Assembly (NCBI GenBank): GCA_001179505.1
Contig: CDMY01000227.1
Location: 124,001 to 188,000 of the forward strand
Direction: 5' to 3'
Source: Vitrella brassicaformis CCMP3155
Lineage: Eukaryota; Protista; Chromerida
Length of the DNA stretch: 64,000 nt
The notes beneath the pieces were generated by a model. That model did no database searches. It had not been told where the DNA came from and saw only the letters and a list, made by a program, of their open reading frames with translations. Made by a program: the position numbers and the translations under genes. Position 1 is the first letter of the stretch; each line of letters begins with the position of its first letter. Below, piece by piece: positions 62,941 to 64,000 of this stretch.

Positions 62941-64000
62941 TCACACCTCTTCCTTGGCCCGGACGCCTTCGCTTTGTGGGCTGCAGTCCCTCTCGCCTCC
63001 CAGCATGGTCGGGCTGTTTGGCAGAGACGAGGACGGGCCACAAATGCCGCCATAGTCGTGCAGCCGCGGCCTCGGCCACCCGCCCTCCCAGTCGCTGCAT
63101 GAACCATCCGCATGGTTCCTCCTTATGTCAATGCTGAGAACCCGATGGTGGTGGGTGTGGTGGCGGGTCTCCCTGCCGGCCATGGGCGAGTGGCTCGCGA
63201 CGTCCCTGCGGTTGCTCCGACTGTGTGTGTCGTGTTGGGTGAGGGCGTGCGCTGCGACTGCACCACCGGTGTGGATGTCGTTGTCTGATGGGCATGGGTC
63301 GTCGATGTCGATGCTGGTCATGGACAGAACCTTGGCGGGCGTCATGCCGCCGTGTCCGTTGGTCTGCTGGCTGGTGGAGAGCTCCTCCTCGTCGTAGAGG
63401 CCGTCCTCCTCCGCCAGGCCCTTGCGCTTGGTGCAGTCGTGGCTGTCGGTGCGGGTGAGGTTGGCCAGCTCCGAAAGACTGGCAGTGGTGCTCATGCGCA
63501 CGCGACGCTGCACCAACACACACACAAACGGGATCATTCATTCATATCAAATCATGCCATTCATTCAATCAGTCACGTGAAAGTCTCTCTCGCGCTACAC
63601 GTCCCTCCCGCTCCGCTACCCCCGCCCCGCTCTCTGGCTAATCAATCTCGCTTCTTGCTGCCCCCTGCTGCAGATCTACTGGCCGCAGCGCTCCCCTGGT
63701 CCCTTTCGCCACTGAGTGTGTCCATCATCATTACCTGCTCGCCAGCATGGTCGTCGCCGTGTGCGGTCCTGGCGTGGCTCCTCGCGAGAGTGACGACTCC
63801 CGCCAGGACGAGGGATATCCCCACGCCGTATAGCGATGGCAGCATGGGCCGCTCCCCCAGCACCACCATGCCCGCCACGCTGCGGCAGGCGATCAGGAAG
63901 GCCATCGTGGTGGGCACGATGAACACCGCCTGGAACTGATGGATGGATGATGGACGAAAAGAAACGACACACAATCAGGTGTGGTGTGGTGTGGATGGCA
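62941..64000 (-). CDS. 3' part of a NIPA/DMT-superfamily-like membrane transporter (5' end outside the window)
   Basis: Exon 63935-63735: FQAVFIVPTTMAFLIACRSVAGMVVLGE...YGVGISLVLAGVVTLA, resembling the last two TM helices of NIPA-type proteins. It splices in phase 0 to a hydrophilic tail exon 63507-62941. Confidence 0.55.

Noticed and set aside
12400-63940. Long antisense ORFs over real genes (e.g. 34947-35906, 25931-27019, 63352-63939)
   Set aside because: They are shadow frames caused by high GC3 codon bias.
1-64000. CRISPR arrays, rRNA/tRNA genes, transposons, prokaryotic operon or defence system
   Set aside because: There are no repeat-spacer arrays and no RT/integrase/transposase motifs, and I recognised no tRNA or rRNA. 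The bacterial-like genes (malQ, DUF2256, MAPEG, DUF442) all carry host-style spliceosomal introns, so they are not contamination.

Overview
Eukaryotic, GC-rich, very intron-dense genomic DNA. The introns are short and full of (GT)n/(CA)n, (GACA)n, (GATG)n and (CACT)n microsatellites, and there are three ~300-N scaffold gaps. Intron style, bipartite plastid-type leaders, a flagellar IFT gene and lineage-specific F-box-like families point to the chromerid alga Vitrella brassicaformis; this is an inference, not a database match. About 21 protein-coding loci were reconstructed by hand-splicing ORF fragments at GT-AG sites. In order: an F-box-like orphan, a mitochondrial DUF442-like sulfurtransferase + ETHE1-type persulfide dioxygenase fusion, a GtaA/glutaminase-A-like secreted protein, a BAR-domain protein, an MDR/quinone oxidoreductase, RTF1, an amino-acid transporter, MMS19, a mitochondrial ferredoxin, a broken tandem-duplicated pseudokinase, a bacterial-type 4-alpha-glucanotransferase (MalQ/DPE1), IFT139/TTC21B, a coiled-coil protein, a second lineage-specific family member, a DUF2256 protein, a MAPEG protein, a plastid-leader orphan, an atypical SDR, a leishmanolysin-like protease and a partial NIPA-like transporter. 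No rRNA, tRNA, CRISPR or transposon was recognised. The top lead is the DUF442-ETHE1 fusion, a candidate self-contained mitochondrial sulfane-sulfur detoxification enzyme. The second is a recurrent TGCGAGCT(TA) motif in the short head-to-head promoters. All gene identities come from remembered family motifs, and exon boundaries are hand-called.
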